Shown here in pieces: positions 38,311 through 53,100 of a stretch of 64,000 nucleotides of DNA. A program made the position numbers and the translations under genes. A model generated the notes under the pieces. That model did not search any database. It worked only from the letters and a program-made list of their open reading frames with translations, and was not told the origin of the DNA. The stretch spans positions 54,795 to 118,794 of the forward strand of contig MNCI01001625.1 in the NCBI GenBank assembly GCA_015680685.1, given 5' to 3'. Position 1 is the stretch's first letter. Each line of letters begins with the position of its first letter. The DNA is from Gnetum montanum (Eukaryota; Plantae; Gnetophyta).

Positions 38311-40850
38311 GACCATCTACTATGAAATCACAAAGCTTTACAAAGATTCTTTCATCTAGGCCATTAACTATGTAGACTGGGTCTCTAACATCGTAGTTGT
38401 GCCGAAGAAACATGGCAGTATATGCATTTTCATAGACTTCTAAGACCTAAACAAGGAAACCATAAAAGATGACTTTTTGTTCCCTAGTATTAATCAAATA
38501 ATCAATATTATGGCTAGACATGCCTTGTTATCCTTCATGGATCGGTTCTCAAGCTACAACTAGTTTAGGATAAACCCTGAGCACCACCGTAGCATGACCT
38601 TTATGACCCCCTGGGGTTCTTTTTGTTACACCATGATGCCCTTCAAACTCAAGAACGCAGGAGCAACCTACCAATGCATAATGACATACATCTTTAGTGA
38701 TTATATGTTATGCTTTCTTAATGATTATGTTGATGACATAGTAATTAAGTCCCAGTCTACTACTTAAGCCACGCATTAGTAGCCCATGAAGCAAAATACA
38801 ATGATGTGGAAAAGCATTGCCTAGTTTTAGTATTTTCACTCAAAAAGTAGAGGCATTATCCTTCCCACACTCAAGTCAACATCATTTGCAAAAATCATGT
38901 ACTCTAAGCAATCACAACAAACATCTACAAAAGTAGTCATATTACATGATGGAAAGAGTAATAGCAGAATTGACCTACATTATGTCGCATAAACCTCAAC
39001 AAAAGGTCAAGCTATAACTACAAAACTCATAGCTTCACCCATGAATGATCAAGGAATTATAGATCTAAAATTCCTAGATGAGCACATTAGTAGCATTAGC
39101 CAAGTTCCTGACAACTTTGAGGCACTCCTACATTTCAACAGAGCTTCAACCTCCCATGCAGGTAGCGCTACTACCATTATCACATTTTCCTTTGGGGAGA
39201 TTCAATTCTTTGCATATCATTTTGCATTCCTTTGCACTAACAACATGGCAAAGTATCAAGGCCTTCTCCAAGGTATCCTTGTAACATGTGACTCAGGCAT
39301 CTCACACCTTACAATCCAAGGTGACTCATAGTTAGTAGTCAACTAGGTAACAAAGGTTTATGCTTATAAGGCTCAACATTTACAACCTTATTATGTCCTA
39401 GAAAAGCACTTTCTTTAATAGTTTTCAACAGAAGATGTCCAATAGATTCCCCAAAATGAGATTATTATAGCTAACACATTAGCAACATTAGCCATAAGCA
39501 TTGCACCTAACATGTTCCATGCATTGCCCACCCCAGTGACAAATTTCACTGTGCCTATCATGCAAATCACTGACATTGCATCCACACCTACAATAAGCAT
39601 AACCCATGCTAGAAAATGGTACAACAATATCAAGGTGTACCTTCTATAGGGTAAGCCTTTGCAACACTTAGCTACTGCTCAAAAAGATGCAATGCGTAAA
39701 TGATCATAACGATATGTCATCATAAGTGACAACACCCTATGTCATAGATCCTAAGATGGCATATTGCCAACTTGCATGAGCAATAGAAAAGTGCAAATGA
39801 TCATTAAGCAAGTCCATGAGGGACTGTGTGGAGGTCATATAGCACCCAGGGCAATGGAAATGAAGATCAAACAATTAGGCAATTATTAGCCTTACATGGA
39901 GCATGATTGTGTGTCCAAGGTCAAAGCATGTAACATGTATCAACAACATGGCAACCTAATGCATGTGCCACCAACTAAATTGCACACAATATAGATCACA
40001 TGGTCATTCCAATGTCGAGGATTGGACATCATTAAATCCACCATGCCTAAGTCCTTCACAAGGCATAGCTTCATCATAATCACAAGTACTTTACCAAGTG
40101 GTTTGAGGCTATTTCCCTTAGGAAGACAACATCATAGTATGTTTACAAATTTGTGCTTGATAACATAGTGACCCATTTTGTTTTATCCATGGCCATAGTC
40201 ATAGACAATGGGCCACAACTTAGTAGTACTACAAATAAATCCTTTTATGAGCACTTTGATATTAAACACTCCTTCTCATTTTCATACTACCCTTAGGTGA
40301 ATGGTGAAGCAAATGCCACTAATTCATTGTCAACCTTCTAAATAAGATGCTAAGAAATAGAAAATAACAATGGCATGAGCAATTAGTCTATGCCTTTTGG
40401 GCCTACCATACAACATGACAAACAACAACAAGTAAGATGCCTTATAACCTTGTCTATGGATCTGAAGAAAATTTTCCCCTTGAATTATAGGTTCTATCAC
40501 TTTGGGTGATCCTCTTAAGCTTCATTGATGAAGACCAAAACAATGAGTTAAGGATTGTAGATCTTGACTCAATAGAGGAGGAGTGCATGTAAATGCTTAC
40601 TTTCATTGAATGCTACAATGAAAAGAAAAGGCAAAAGCACTGTCACAACCAGCATCAATGCCTAATCAAGAAAGGAGATCTAGTCCTCAAGGCCATTTCT
40701 GAACTTGCAAACAGATTCATAGTGAACTGGGAAGGGCCTTTCTTGGTTACTAAGGCCTATGATAATAGAGTAATCAAGCTTGCTGATCAAGATGGTAATG
40801 AGTTTGTCAATACAATGAATCATTCATACCTGAAGTTGTACTATGCCTAG
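38311..40850 (+). pseudogene. pol: Remainder of H1 pol (RT with internal deletion, RH, aRH, INT)
   Basis: WVSNIVVVPKK, YVDD at ~38725, deletion near 38765 jumping into RH, CTNNMAKYQGLL...IQGDS (aRH), HEGLCGGH, NWEGPF...NHSYLKLYYA. Confidence 0.9.
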
Positions 40851-40889
40851 CATGTAGCATTGCATCTCAACAAATTAAAGTTAGCATGA

Positions 40890-41200
40890 GTCTACTATGA
40901 CTATAAACTAGCACAACAAGTCTTCTATGACTATAAACTAGCACAATGAGTCCACTATGACTATAAACTGGCACAGTGAGTCGACTATGACTATAAACTA
41001 GCATAGAAAGTCCACTATGACTATAAACTAGCATAAAAACAACCTTTTATCCACCATGATGTTAAACTGGCACAACATTCATCCTTGGGTCATGACATTA
41101 AATTGGCATAATAGCTTGTCTACTATGATATTAAACTGGCACATAATAGTCTACTAGGACTATAAACTAGCACATCATGGTCTACCAAGAGCTTAAATTG
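40890..41200 (+). repeat. ~29-bp tandem repeat (CTATGACTATAAACTAGCAC) downstream of integrase
   Basis: Five near-identical units at 40890-41035, then degenerate ones; homologous arrays at 22830-23070 and 50150-50510 (-). Confidence 0.9.
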
Positions 41201-42655
41201 GGTTTGCCATCAATCATGCATTGTTCCATGAGCAAGAGAGTGAGAATAATTTCAACTCCTTTAAACCTTTCCTCCACTTTTCTACATCATGTAAGTGGGC
41301 ATACTATAGTCCCAAAATGAAGAAATGGCCATTGGCTAGACCTTTGGAGAATTTGTAGCATTATGGGCCCCCACCATTTTGCTAATTTCTCTAGCTCTTT
41401 CCATCGCTTGGCCTTGGGAGTAGTTGTAGCATTATGGCCCCCTACAAATTTGATAATTTTTTGAGCTCCTATCACTAGCACATCCTTTGACCATTCTACT
41501 AGTTTTCTGAGCTCTTGTCATTGGTGTAGCCTCTTGAGCACCTACAACATCATCATCCCCCCCTTAGCATTTCACTTTCTTTCTAAACACATTCCATTGG
41601 CATAGGCTCTCGAGCACCTATAGCATCATCATTTCCATCATTTTTTTAGCTTTTTAAGCAACTACCACTAGTTCAGTGTTTGGAGCACTAGTAGCATTTT
41701 CAGCACCTAGCACTTGATTTGCATTGTGTGTTTTGTTGTATTCTTATCTTTTAAAAGTTTTTTTGTAGGATGAAGCCTTGAGGTGATCATGTAAAGGTGC
41801 ATCTCATTGTAGCAGAAAGTTGCCACATTGCTTTGATGTGCATGATTGGACTAGTTGGGCCTCTCAAGAGAGCACATCCCCATTACATCATTATGGCCTA
41901 CTCACATCCATCCCTATGCATTCATACTCTTTACATTCCTCTGCATAATCAAAACTACAGACCCCTCTGACGCATACATGCTATGACTTCATGGCATCCT
42001 CTCTGAGCCAAACTATAAAACCAAAGGTATACATAACATAAGTTGTTCCATGGGGAGCCTCTATTGGCTATTCAAAGCCCAAGCGAATGTAAAACAAGTT
42101 ATCCCAAGGAGGAAACACCTACTCCATAGATGCAACGTGGTTTCCCAAGCATTAAAGCAACTAGCAATTAGCAGTATGGAGAACCCAAAAAGGGTTCACC
42201 CTACAACAAAGCAAAAATAAGAATGAAAATGAAAAGAAAAAGAAAAAAAAAGAGCAAAAAAGGGAAAAAGCATGTCCCCAAATAAATCAGTAGAGCCCCA
42301 ATTTCAGAACTAATCAAGTTTTCAATCCACCTTGATTCTGTCATGAGCACTCCGATGAGAGGTTAATATTTTTAGAGGTAAGCTACCCTAGTACCATGGT
42401 CACCATTAGCCATGGCGACTTTGCATCCTACATCTTAACACTCCTCTTGTACTTCATTTTCCTTTTCTCCCCTAGCACATTACTTACACCTTTTACCCCT
42501 TGCATACCACTATCCACAACACTCTTGAGCATAGTGAAATAACATCTGATTAGGTATTGAACAGTAATGTTGGTGTCAAGCCTGCTGTGATGTTTTACTA
42601 TTCTTTGTTGACATCTCTCAAGCCACTCCTCCAGACGTCAACAAAGAATGGCTAA

Positions 42656-44340
42656 TGAGATACCACCAAATTTAGGCTACCACAATTTTCTACAAATGTC
42701 TCTAAGTGTCAATATGAGGAAAATTTTTCCTGTGTATTGGGACTATGCTTTCCATTGCACTAGAGCATAGTCATCTAAGTAGAGATCGTAGTAATATCAA
42801 ACACCAATTTTGTAAATTCTTCTAAGTATCAAGCTAGTAGCTACAGAGCATGGTTGGCATGGAAGAAATAGTTTGGTAGATTTTTCTAAGTGCTAAGACT
42901 ATGCTCTCCACTATAGTAGATTGTAGTCAATAATAGTTGACATAGAAGAAATAGTTTGGCAAAATTTTCTAACTATCAAGACTACACTCTCCAACAAAAT
43001 GGAGTGTAGTTAACTGTAGACAGCATCAAGGCCTAGTGTTTTGAAGTTTTTTCTAATTCTTATTACTACACACTCCACTAACATGGAGCGTAGTTGAGCA
43101 TAGTTAACTAGAAGCTAGATTTTTCAAATTTTCTTCAAAGTGCTAGGACTATGCTCACCCTTATTCAGGAGCATAGTCAACCTTCCCTAGATTGTAGTTA
43201 GCATAAAGACACTTTTCTACAAAATTTTTCTAAGTGTTGAACTACGCTCTCCCATAGTCCAAAGCATAGTAAAGGGTAGATAGCTAGAACAACCTCCAAA
43301 GGCGTCCATAATGCAACACCAACATTCACATCAGCTCCAACACACCTTTGGCAATAGCATACATTTTTTTGGCATCCCCCGTTTATTCCAAAATTGTAAC
43401 TTCACTTGATAGAACTCAAGATAGTGGACAACTTAGTCCTAGAGCATAGTCATCAAAACTTGCATTTTTTGCATTTTTTGTTAGGTACATTATGGTTTTC
43501 TTGGTACATGAAAATGTAGTTGGTAGCATAGTCACAAGCTAGCAATCTTATAGAGTCCATTGGAGCACGCCAAAGCACAACACTGATTGCTTTAGTTTAG
43601 AGTGTAGTTAGGTGCAACATAGTTCCAACTGTCCCACTACCACATGGTAACTGATCCACATGTCATGGGAAACCTAGCCCTATAAATACCCTAGTATTCT
43701 ATGTTTTAGGGGTTGGAAAATTTGAAGGTTAGCATTCTTATTATTTGGCATTTTTAAAACACATTTGGCATCTCAGCAAGGTAAGGCATTTATAGTCCAT
43801 CATAGATCACTGTAGTCCATTGCAATCCACTGCACATCATGGTGGACAACCTAGTAGGCATAAACACCATAGTAGAACATCTGTCTTTGCAACCAGACAC
43901 CCCAAGACTGTGACTATTTATCTACTGTGCCTGTTGTACACCGTGTACCTCCTCACCCTTTCTAAGATTAACTATGCTCAACCCCATTTGAGGTGGTGCC
44001 ACTTTCTCTCTTACTCTCCTCCTATGCATTTTTAGCATTTTTATTCACATTTTGGCATTTTATTTGCATTTTTTTACTATTTTTTATGCATAAGCATGCA
44101 TTGACACCTTTGTTTTTGGTGGAAACCCTTGACTAGGCTCACCCTTGTTGATACTATGAGCACTACATAAACACGTAGCACTATTTCAACATTGCATTTC
44201 ATAAGTCCTCATCTGATCAACAATACCATTCTAAGTATCCTATCTCTACCTCTAGTAGGCCCTAACATGGATGAAGGGTTACAGTTGTATGCTTGTAAAC
44301 ATCTCAGTGTTCCCATTCCAACCATCAACATTTTCAATCG
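42656..44340 (+). repeat. 3' LTR of H1
   Basis: Starts TGAGATACC after the PPT-like CAACAAAGAATGGCTAA; reverse-complement similar to 47170-48923 and 54715-56312; last few bases missing. Confidence 0.8.
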
Positions 44341-47169
44341 TGATAACCTCCAAAGAATGATTAATAGAGGTGAGTTGGTACTTGATGCTACTAACCTAGT
44401 CTGGCTTCAAAACTAATCTATGAGGGTGTATAAGGACCCTTTGAACTCAAACGATGCAGGTTATGTCATAAATGCTATTAGTATTGATGATAGCCTAGAA
44501 CTGGTGTAGTGGCCACTCATGATCTATGTGCCCTCTGACAGTGCAAGGGTCTCCTTAGCCCCTACCAGTTCAAGCCCCCCTTTCATTGTTAGAGTGCCAA
44601 CTCAAGAACCTACAACTTCCTTCATGGTTAGGGTCTCATAGCATGTTACAACAATAATAGTTCAACCACCCTTTATCTTTAGGATGCCACAACATGCTGA
44701 GTCCTCACAAGCCTAGAGTTTGGTTGTGGGCAATGCATCGATCCCATCCAATCCAAGGGCCAATCCTATTGGAAACATTAACAAAACCTCTAGGTGGCAA
44801 CTTGAGAGGCCCAATGAGAGTCTCATAGATAAGATGATTAGGCAACATCAAGAGCAAATAGTGCTTAGTCTATTGAAACTAGTTCTCCTACCTACAATCC
44901 CCATGGCCAAAGCAACTGAAGAGGCCATCACTAGCAATCCACAACCAAGCATTGGGGTCCCTGTGTAGGCCAAGCCAACAAAGCCCAAGTCGCCTCCCCA
45001 TGAAATTTGTCTCTTAGGGCATATGGAAGAAGTCAAATCCAATAAAAATGCAACTGATGGCAAAGAATTCATGGATGCATTAGCCTAAGTTAAGTAAGCA
45101 CTAAACTAGAAGAACACAACATTGATCCTCTATGACCTAATCATGACCTCATCTACCCATTGTGAAGCACTGGTGCAAATGTTGACATCCATTCCTATTA
45201 CAAAGGACATCCTAGTAAATGAGAATTCCATCCACACTATGATGTTACCTCCTACACCATAGGAATCAAGCTCCACACCCCTTACATTTTGTGGGGTAAT
45301 TAAGATTGACCCTAATAAGGAAGAGGTCATAATAGCATCCATGTTTATCACCATACATGTTGGGCAATGCAAGATTCAGAGGGTGCACGTCAATGATGGC
45401 GTAGCAATAGATGTTATCCCATACATAGTCATTGATAATTTAGGCCTCATGGACCAAATCAAGCCAATAAAAACCACATTACTAATGTCCTTTAGTAGGT
45501 TGTGCATCATTATTAAGGGCACCGCAACAATAGCCTTCGTGGTAGGAGAGCAATTCCCCACCATTACTAAATTCATTGTCATAGAGGAGATGCTAGAATT
45601 TAACCTAATATTAGATAGTCCTTGGTTGGCCTAGCTATAGGTTGTCTCCTCCTTGATTCATTAGAAAATTCACCTTCCATACAAATGTGGTGAAGTTAAC
45701 ATCCACAATGATAACACTGTTCCTCTAGCTATCACCAACATAGACATGGAGCAAGGGTTCGAGGTCAAATTCCCTAATGACACACCTTCAACAGATAATG
45801 AAACACATAAGGCCAATGCACCCAAAGAGGTAGTAGAAGCCACTAACCTCCTAGAGGATTCCGTATGGATAGAATTTCCCTTCATTGTAGTGAGCGAGGA
45901 TCAAGGAGACTATCGAATAGTGTAATCTAGGCCCTACATGCCCCCTAATTCACACCATGTTAGGAAGCAACTGCATGACTAAGAAAGCCCCTTAATCCAA
46001 AAATGTGCTAGGAACCCACCCACTATTCGCTTCCCCACATCTTGCATCTTCCTTCCCACTTGCATTACATTAGCACTATAGCATATTATTTGCATTTAGT
46101 TTAATCACTTAGATTACCATCTGCATTACCTACACATTCAATAGCTTAGTTTACATTTCTGCCATTGTTTCTTTAATGCATAAAAAACATCAAAATCCAT
46201 AAAAATCATAAAAGTAAAAATTATAAAAAAAATAGAGATAGTAACATATTAGGCCCAGAATGGCCTTAAACTACTGCTATGCTTGGAATGGCATTAAAAG
46301 TACCATTGTTAATCATATCACTATGGTCCAAAATTGTCTTAAACTAGAAGCCTCAACCTTCCATGGCCTTCAACTAGCAATGCATGGCCTACCAAGCCTT
46401 AAACTAGTAGTACACTACCTGAAATAACCTTAAACTATCATCGTAGCTTGAAATGAGCTTAAACTAGCAGCCTTGACCTACCATGGCCTTAAACTAGTAA
46501 TGTATAGCCTGTCATGGCATTAGCCTAGCAATAGATGTCCTGACATGGCTTTAAACTGGTAGTATGTGGTCCAAAATGGCCTTAAACTATCATCGTGACT
46601 TGAAATGGCCTTAAACTAGCAATTGTTGTAGCTTAGAATGGCCTTAAACTATCATCTTTAATCCCAACATAGTAGCCTAAAATGGCCTTAAACTATCATC
46701 AACCCTCCTTCTATGGCCTTAAACTAGCATGGGACTCACAGTGGCCTAGTCATACTATTGTCAAATAGTCCTAACTTAGCACATTAACTCATTGCATTAT
46801 AAGCATAGTAAGCGCATAGCAAATAACCATAAAAAGAAAAGTTTACACATTACACATTACATATAGCAAATGAATTCATTAGATGTCATATGAATATGAG
46901 TACATATCATGAATAAGATCATGTGGCAAAAAATATAGCAAAAATAGCAAAAATTCGTAGCAACAGAGGTACATTTGGTCATGCTTAACTGGTGGCACTA
47001 GGTGGCCATGGAGGTTCTTCTTCCTTCGCCACGTTGTTGAGGCCTGCAGCATTGCTTAGTACCTACTACCATAACCACAACAAAAATGAGCTATTAGTAA
47101 GTAAACATGTAGTATACAAAAAAACTAAAAAAAGTAGAAAAAATGACTAAAACTAACCTAAGAGGGTCT
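44341..47169 (+). mobile_element. Internal fragment H0 of the same clade: gag C-terminus, protease, start of spacer, last exon of the antisense gene
   Basis: LQRMINRGELVLDATNLV; RVHVNDGVAIDVI; FNLILDSPWLA; minisatellite 46255-46750; 46975-47165 homologous to 16075-16270. Confidence 0.82.
46255..46750 (+). repeat. ATGGCCTTAAACT-core ~30-bp minisatellite
   Basis: About 14 degenerate units. Confidence 0.88.
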
Positions 47170-50100
47170 TGTAGTGATCAAAAAAATCTATGACTAGAAC
47201 ATCGAGAGGTCCATAGGTGCAGTGTTTAATCCTACATCCACATGAGGGCTTGCTGGAGGTAGAGACAAGGTGTCTCGAATGGTCTTATTGATGAAATGGG
47301 GACTTAACAAATGCAACAAAAAATGATGCTAAGTGTGTGTGTGGTCTCAACGGTATTGATGGATGTGAGCATAGTGAAAATTTTTCACTAAAAAATAAAG
47401 GTGCCAATGTGTGGGGACTACTACCCAAGCATGGCTATGTATTGAAATGGCAGAAAAAGTAAGTAAAATGCTAAAAATTACAAATGATAAATATCCAAAG
47501 AAGGAGAAATAGTAAAATAGAGCACCACCCCAAATAGGGTTGAGCATAGTTAACTTCAAAAGGGGTGAGAAGGTACATGGTGTACAATAGGCATAGTCAC
47601 AGTCTCAGGGATATCTGGCCGTGAAGACTAACACTCCATCATCGAGTCTATACCTACTAGGTTGGTTGCCATGGTATGACATGGGTTGCGATGCTCTACT
47701 ATGTCCTATGGTGAGCTATGTTAGAATGCAACTTTGCCTCTCTCTGGTTCACTAGTGTACCTTTGGTTTGTTGGTGCTTTGATTTTTGCCAAATCTGAAC
47801 TTGCTAACTTGCTCAATTCTTAAATTTTCCAACCTCAAATATGTTGAGGGTGGGGGTATTTATAGGGCTAGGTTTAGCATGAAATGTGGAGGATTTCCAC
47901 ATGGTAGAGGGGGCGGTTGGAGCTACATTGTCATCCAACTACACTCTCCATTGAGGCTAGTGGTGTTGTGTTATACTGGAATCTACAAGACTACAAGACT
48001 GTGACTATGCTATTAACTACATGTATATGCACCTAGAGGACTACAATGTACCTCAAAAAATGCAACTTTGGAGACTACACTCTAAGACTATGCTCTCCAC
48101 TATCTTGTGTAGGGTTGAGTGTAGTTATAATTATGGGGATAAAAGGGATACAAAAAATATGCATTTTAATAACTGTGCTTGCTAGAGGTGAGTTGGAGCT
48201 AAGCTAAGTGCCAATGCTATGTTGTGAATGCCTTTAGAGTTTGTTCTAGTTGACTATGCTCTCCACTAAGGCCTAACTATGCTCTAGGAAAAAGGAGAGT
48301 GTAGTCCCAAGACTTAGAAAAATATTTCAAAAAACTTACTTCCTGTTGACTATGCTTTAGGTTGGGAAAGAGCATAGTCTCAAAACTTACAAAACATCTA
48401 TAAAAATTGGGCTTTCATGCTCACTATGCTTGACTACACTCCAGGGAAGTGGAGAGCATAGTCTCAGCACTTAGAAAATTTTGCAGTAGGTGGCTTAACA
48501 CTTAGAAAAATTTACACAACTAGCCTTTATTTTGACTACACTCTACACAAGGCTAACTACACTCTAGAGTAGTGGAGAGCATCATCCTAACACTTAGAAA
48601 ATTTTTGCAAAAATTGTGCCTTCATGCTAACTACACTTGACTACACTCAAGGGCAATGGAGTGCATAGTCTCAACACTTACAAAATTTTACAAAAATTAC
48701 ACTTCATGCTAACTATGCTTTGGGGTAGTGAAGAGCATAGTATTAGCACTTGAAAATTTTTGTAGTGGTAGGCTTGACACTTAGAAAATTTTGAAAAACT
48801 AGCCTTTGTATTGACTATGCTCTCTACTGAGCTAACTACACTCTGGGGCAATGAAGAGAATAGTTCCAACACTTAGACAAATTTGCAATTGAGACACTAT
48901 AGCCCAAATTTTCTGGTGTTTTATTGGCCCCTCTTTATTGATGTCTAGAGGATTGGGATGAGAGACATAGACAAAGAACAACAAAACACCATAGTAGGCT
49001 TGCCACCAACATCACTCTTTAATACCTTATTCTCAAGAGTGTTATGGATAGTGGTATGTTAGATGGTAGGTGAAAAGCAAGAGAAGGCATAGGTGGTATG
49101 CTAGGGTTAAAAAGGGAAGATAGGTTGTAAGCAAAAGTATTTTGATGTAAGGACCTAACAACTGATGGTGACTAGGGCACCAAAGTGGCTTACCCTTGAA
49201 AAAACTAACCTCTCATTGAAGTACTCATGACAGAGTCAAGGTGTAGAGTCAAGGCTAAGTTGGTTGCTAAATTTTTTTGCTGCCAAGTTGCTTAGGGGCA
49301 TGCTTTTCCCGATTTTCTTTTTTTTTTCTTTTCTCTCTTTCTTCCTTTTTCTTTTTTTCTTTTAGGCTGACGTACTTTGGGTTTGGCACATTACTAAATG
49401 TTAACTACAAGGATGTTTTCCATTAAGTGGACTATGTGCTATCAGATGGGCTTTCTTTGATGCTTGAAAAGCCACGTTGCATCTATAGGATAAGTGTTTC
49501 CTCCCTAAGATTACTTGTGTTACATCCACATGGGCTTTAACTACCCAACAAAGGCTCCCCATGGGGTGACTTATGTTACATCTGCCTTGGGTTCTACAAT
49601 TTTACTTAAAGAGAGTGCCATATAGTTACAATGCATATGTTTGCAATCTTGATTATGCAAGACAGCATAAGAGTATTAAGACAAAGGGATGGGTGTAGGT
49701 AGGATATAATAGGGTAGTAGATATGTGCACTCTTTAGTGGCTTAGCTAGTCCAATCATGCACATTAGAGTGATGTGTTGACTTGCCACTGTGATGAGGTG
49801 CACCTTTGTACAACCACCTCAAGGCTACATTCTATAAACATAACTCCAAGAAGATACGAAAATCACAGAATTTGAAATGCAAAGCAATTGAAAGTTGTGA
49901 AGATGCTACAAGTTCTCCAAAGGCTAGATTAGTTGCAAGTGCTTAATAAACCAACAAAATAGCAAGCGGTGATGATGCTGCAAATGCTCCAAAGGCTACA
50001 CCGATTGTAGGTGCTCCTTTCTAGGACTATTGAATCCCCACCCACATGGTGTAGAAAAGAGTGGGGGAGGGGGGACTTACAATTATACTACCTCGCTTGC

Positions 50101-53100
50101 TTGCAGAATCATGCATGACCAACCAAAAACCAAGTTCAAGGTCTTGGTAGACCGTAGTATGCTAGTTTATAGTCCTAGCAGACTACTGTGTGCTAGTTTA
50201 ACATCATAGCAGATGTGTGTTATGATAATTTAGTATCATAGCAAACATGTTGTTGTTCCAATTTAATGTCATGACCCAAGGATGAGCTATGCCAATTTAG
50301 GATCATGGAAAATGAGCTACTATGCTAGTTTAATGTCATCGCAGACATGCTATGTTCTAGTTTAGCATCATGAAGGATGATTGCTATGCTAGTTTATCAT
50401 CATAACAGACATGTGGTATGTGTATGCCAGTTTAATTTCATAGCAAACAAGTAGTGTGCTAGTTTAGCATCATAGTGAACTAGTGCTATGCTAGTTTAAC
50501 ATCATAGCATATGAATTGCTTACCTCATTTTGTTGATGTGTGGTGCTACATGCTAGGCATAGTACAACTTCAAGTATGAATGGTTCACTAGATTAGAAAA
50601 CTCATTTCCATATTGATAAGCAAGATTGAATGCTCCATTATTATAGGCCGTAGTAATCAAAGGCAAGAAGATCTACTGATGCATAGCTATGTCATGTTCA
50701 TGCAAAACAAACTAGCAAAATGTCAAGCAACACTTGTTTCACAATGTCAATTTGCATGTGCACAAATGGAAAAATATAATGTAGTGAAATTTGCCTAAGT
50801 ATGCATGAAAGTTATTAAGAAAGGCAAGCATTTTTGTGCCATTTTTAGGCCTCAAAAGGCCATGTGTATGCTAGTTTTAGGTCTTAGCAAACTATGTTCA
50901 TGTTAGTCATGTCATTTCACGAAAGGCTGGCCATGCTTGGGGAGTGGAATTGGCTTAGATGTTCACAAGGGGGGGTGGGGGAATTAAAATTTTTGACTAA
51001 GTATGAATGACTACTTTCTCACCCAACTACACTCTCACCCAACTATGCTCTCCACATGTTGAGAGTGTACTCTGATAAGTGCTTGAAAAAATGGCTATGT
51101 TGTAAGTATTTGGCATAGTATCTATTTTAAGAAACTACATTCTCCATGTTTTAGAGCATATTCAGGGTGGTTCTAGAGTTAGTCTAGAGTTAGAAAAACT
51201 CTATCCTCTTCGAACTACACTATCCATTGAGGTAGCCCTAAGTTAGAAAAAATTTTGCTAAAATTCTATAAACTATGCATGGTGCTAAACATGCACAATG
51301 TAATGCTAAGCCTATGAAAATGTGTTATACCTCAATAAGTAATAGGCATGCCAAATGGATTAGTTCACATCCTATACCTGTGGGGCCCTCTTAGGTTAGC
51401 TTTTATTCTTTTTTTCTTTTTCTTTTTCTTTTTTGCATGTTTTGTTCTAAGTTAGCTTGTATCGTGTAGGTTTGCTTACTAATGATGCCTATTTGTTGTG
51501 GTTATGATAGAAGGTACTAGGACATGTTGTGGTCTCCAATGACATGGTAGAGGAAGTAGAACCTCCATCCCCACCTAGCACCACTAGTTGAGCATGACCT
51601 AATGTACAACCATGACCAAGTTTTGCTATCTTTGCTATGTTTTTATCACACGATGCTACTCATGCTATGTACTACTATTCATATGACATATAATGAATGC
51701 ATTTGCTATATGTAATGTGTAATGTGTAAAATTTTATTTTTTGGTTATTTGCTATGTGCTTACTATGCTTATAACATGATGAGCTAATGTGCTAAGTTAG
51801 GACTATGTGACGATAGTATGAGTAGGTCATTGTGAGCTCCATGCTAGTTTAAGGCTATTTTGGGCCTTGACAATTGCTAGTTTAAGGCCACTTCAAGCCA
51901 AGATAATAATTTAAGGCCATTTTAGGCTACATGCTACTAGTTTAAGGCCATGCTGGGCAACGTGTTGCCAGTTTAAGGCCTTGGCAGGTCGCATGTTGCT
52001 ATTTTAAGGCCTTGGCAGGCCATGCATTGCCAATTTAAGGCCATGGTGGGCCAAGGCTACTAGTTTAAGGCCATTTTGAGCCATAGTGATAGGATCAACA
52101 ATGGTAGCTTAAGGCCATTCAAAGACTAGTATGTTGCTATCTCTTATTTTGGTAATTTTGAATTTTATGAATTTTATGTGTTTTCATGCTTTTTATGCAT
52201 GAAAGCCAATGCATTAAAGTAATAATAATAGAAATGTAGACTAACCTATCAAATGTGTAGGTGATGTAGATGGTAAGCTAAGCAATTAAACTAAATGCAA
52301 ATAATATGTTATAGTACTAGTGCAATGTAAGTGGTGTGATGACCAAAAACATCAGTGGCTAGAATACCGAGAGATTAGTGAGCATACAACCTAACCCCAA
52401 GTCTATGAGAGGGCCATGTCAGAAACAGAAATAGGGTACCCTAAATTGTCTTGTTAATCAAATAGGGAGTTACGAGGTGTTATGATAAATATGTGCCAAA
52501 GGGGATTTATATGATGTTACTAGTGGACATCAGGGTCAACCAAGCCAGAGCATAGCAGGGTGTCCTAGCCTAAAAATGAAAGTGTAAACATGCAAATATG
52601 TTAAATAGCAAAAAAATGAGTGCTATGCTAAATGCCAAAGAAAGAGTACCTGAAAATTCAATGGAACTTGAAAATAGAAGTGCATGCATCAGTTGTCTGA
52701 TGGGATCCTAGAGTGCAGAAAAGTGCTAAGTGTGATCGAGTGCTCAAGTGCAACAGTGCCAAAGAATGCTCAGAATGTCAAAATTACCAATTTCCTTTTT
52801 GATTTTCCAAGCCCTAGAATGCTAAACACAAGGGTATTTATAGGGCTAGGATTAGCAGGAAATGCATGAGGGTAGATGGGACTATGATAGACCCTGCTAC
52901 GCTCCCATGAGAGTAGGAAAGTGTTACACTCTAGATTACTACAACAAATTCCTAGAGATAGCTAAATTGTGACTACACTACCAAGACTACATGTGCTAGA
53001 GTTTGAATAATTGCAATGTAACTACAAATAGTGCAACTTGGAGGCTACACTTTGACACTACATCTTCCCCTATTTCAAGTAGGGTCAAGCATAGGTACAA

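Larger units (their letters stand above)
14887..44340 (+). mobile_element. Tat-type Ty3/gypsy element H1 (5'-truncated), interrupted by element 2
   Basis: Post-protease region 14887-15230, spacer with antisense gene, RT 19649-20097 resuming at 38311, RH/aRH/INT to 40850, PPT 42640-42655, 3' LTR from 42656. Confidence 0.85.

Noticed and set aside
46255-46750. CRISPR-like repeat/spacer appearance (also 15.5, 40.9, 50.2 and 51.9 kb)
   Set aside because: Eukaryotic TE context, core only ~13 bp, spacers related to each other, no cas genes; these are degenerate minisatellites.
42656-48923. Large inverted repeat (42656-44340 vs 47170-48923) as DNA-transposon TIRs or a hairpin locus
   Set aside because: Explained by two same-family LTRs in opposite orientation, each with its own PPT.
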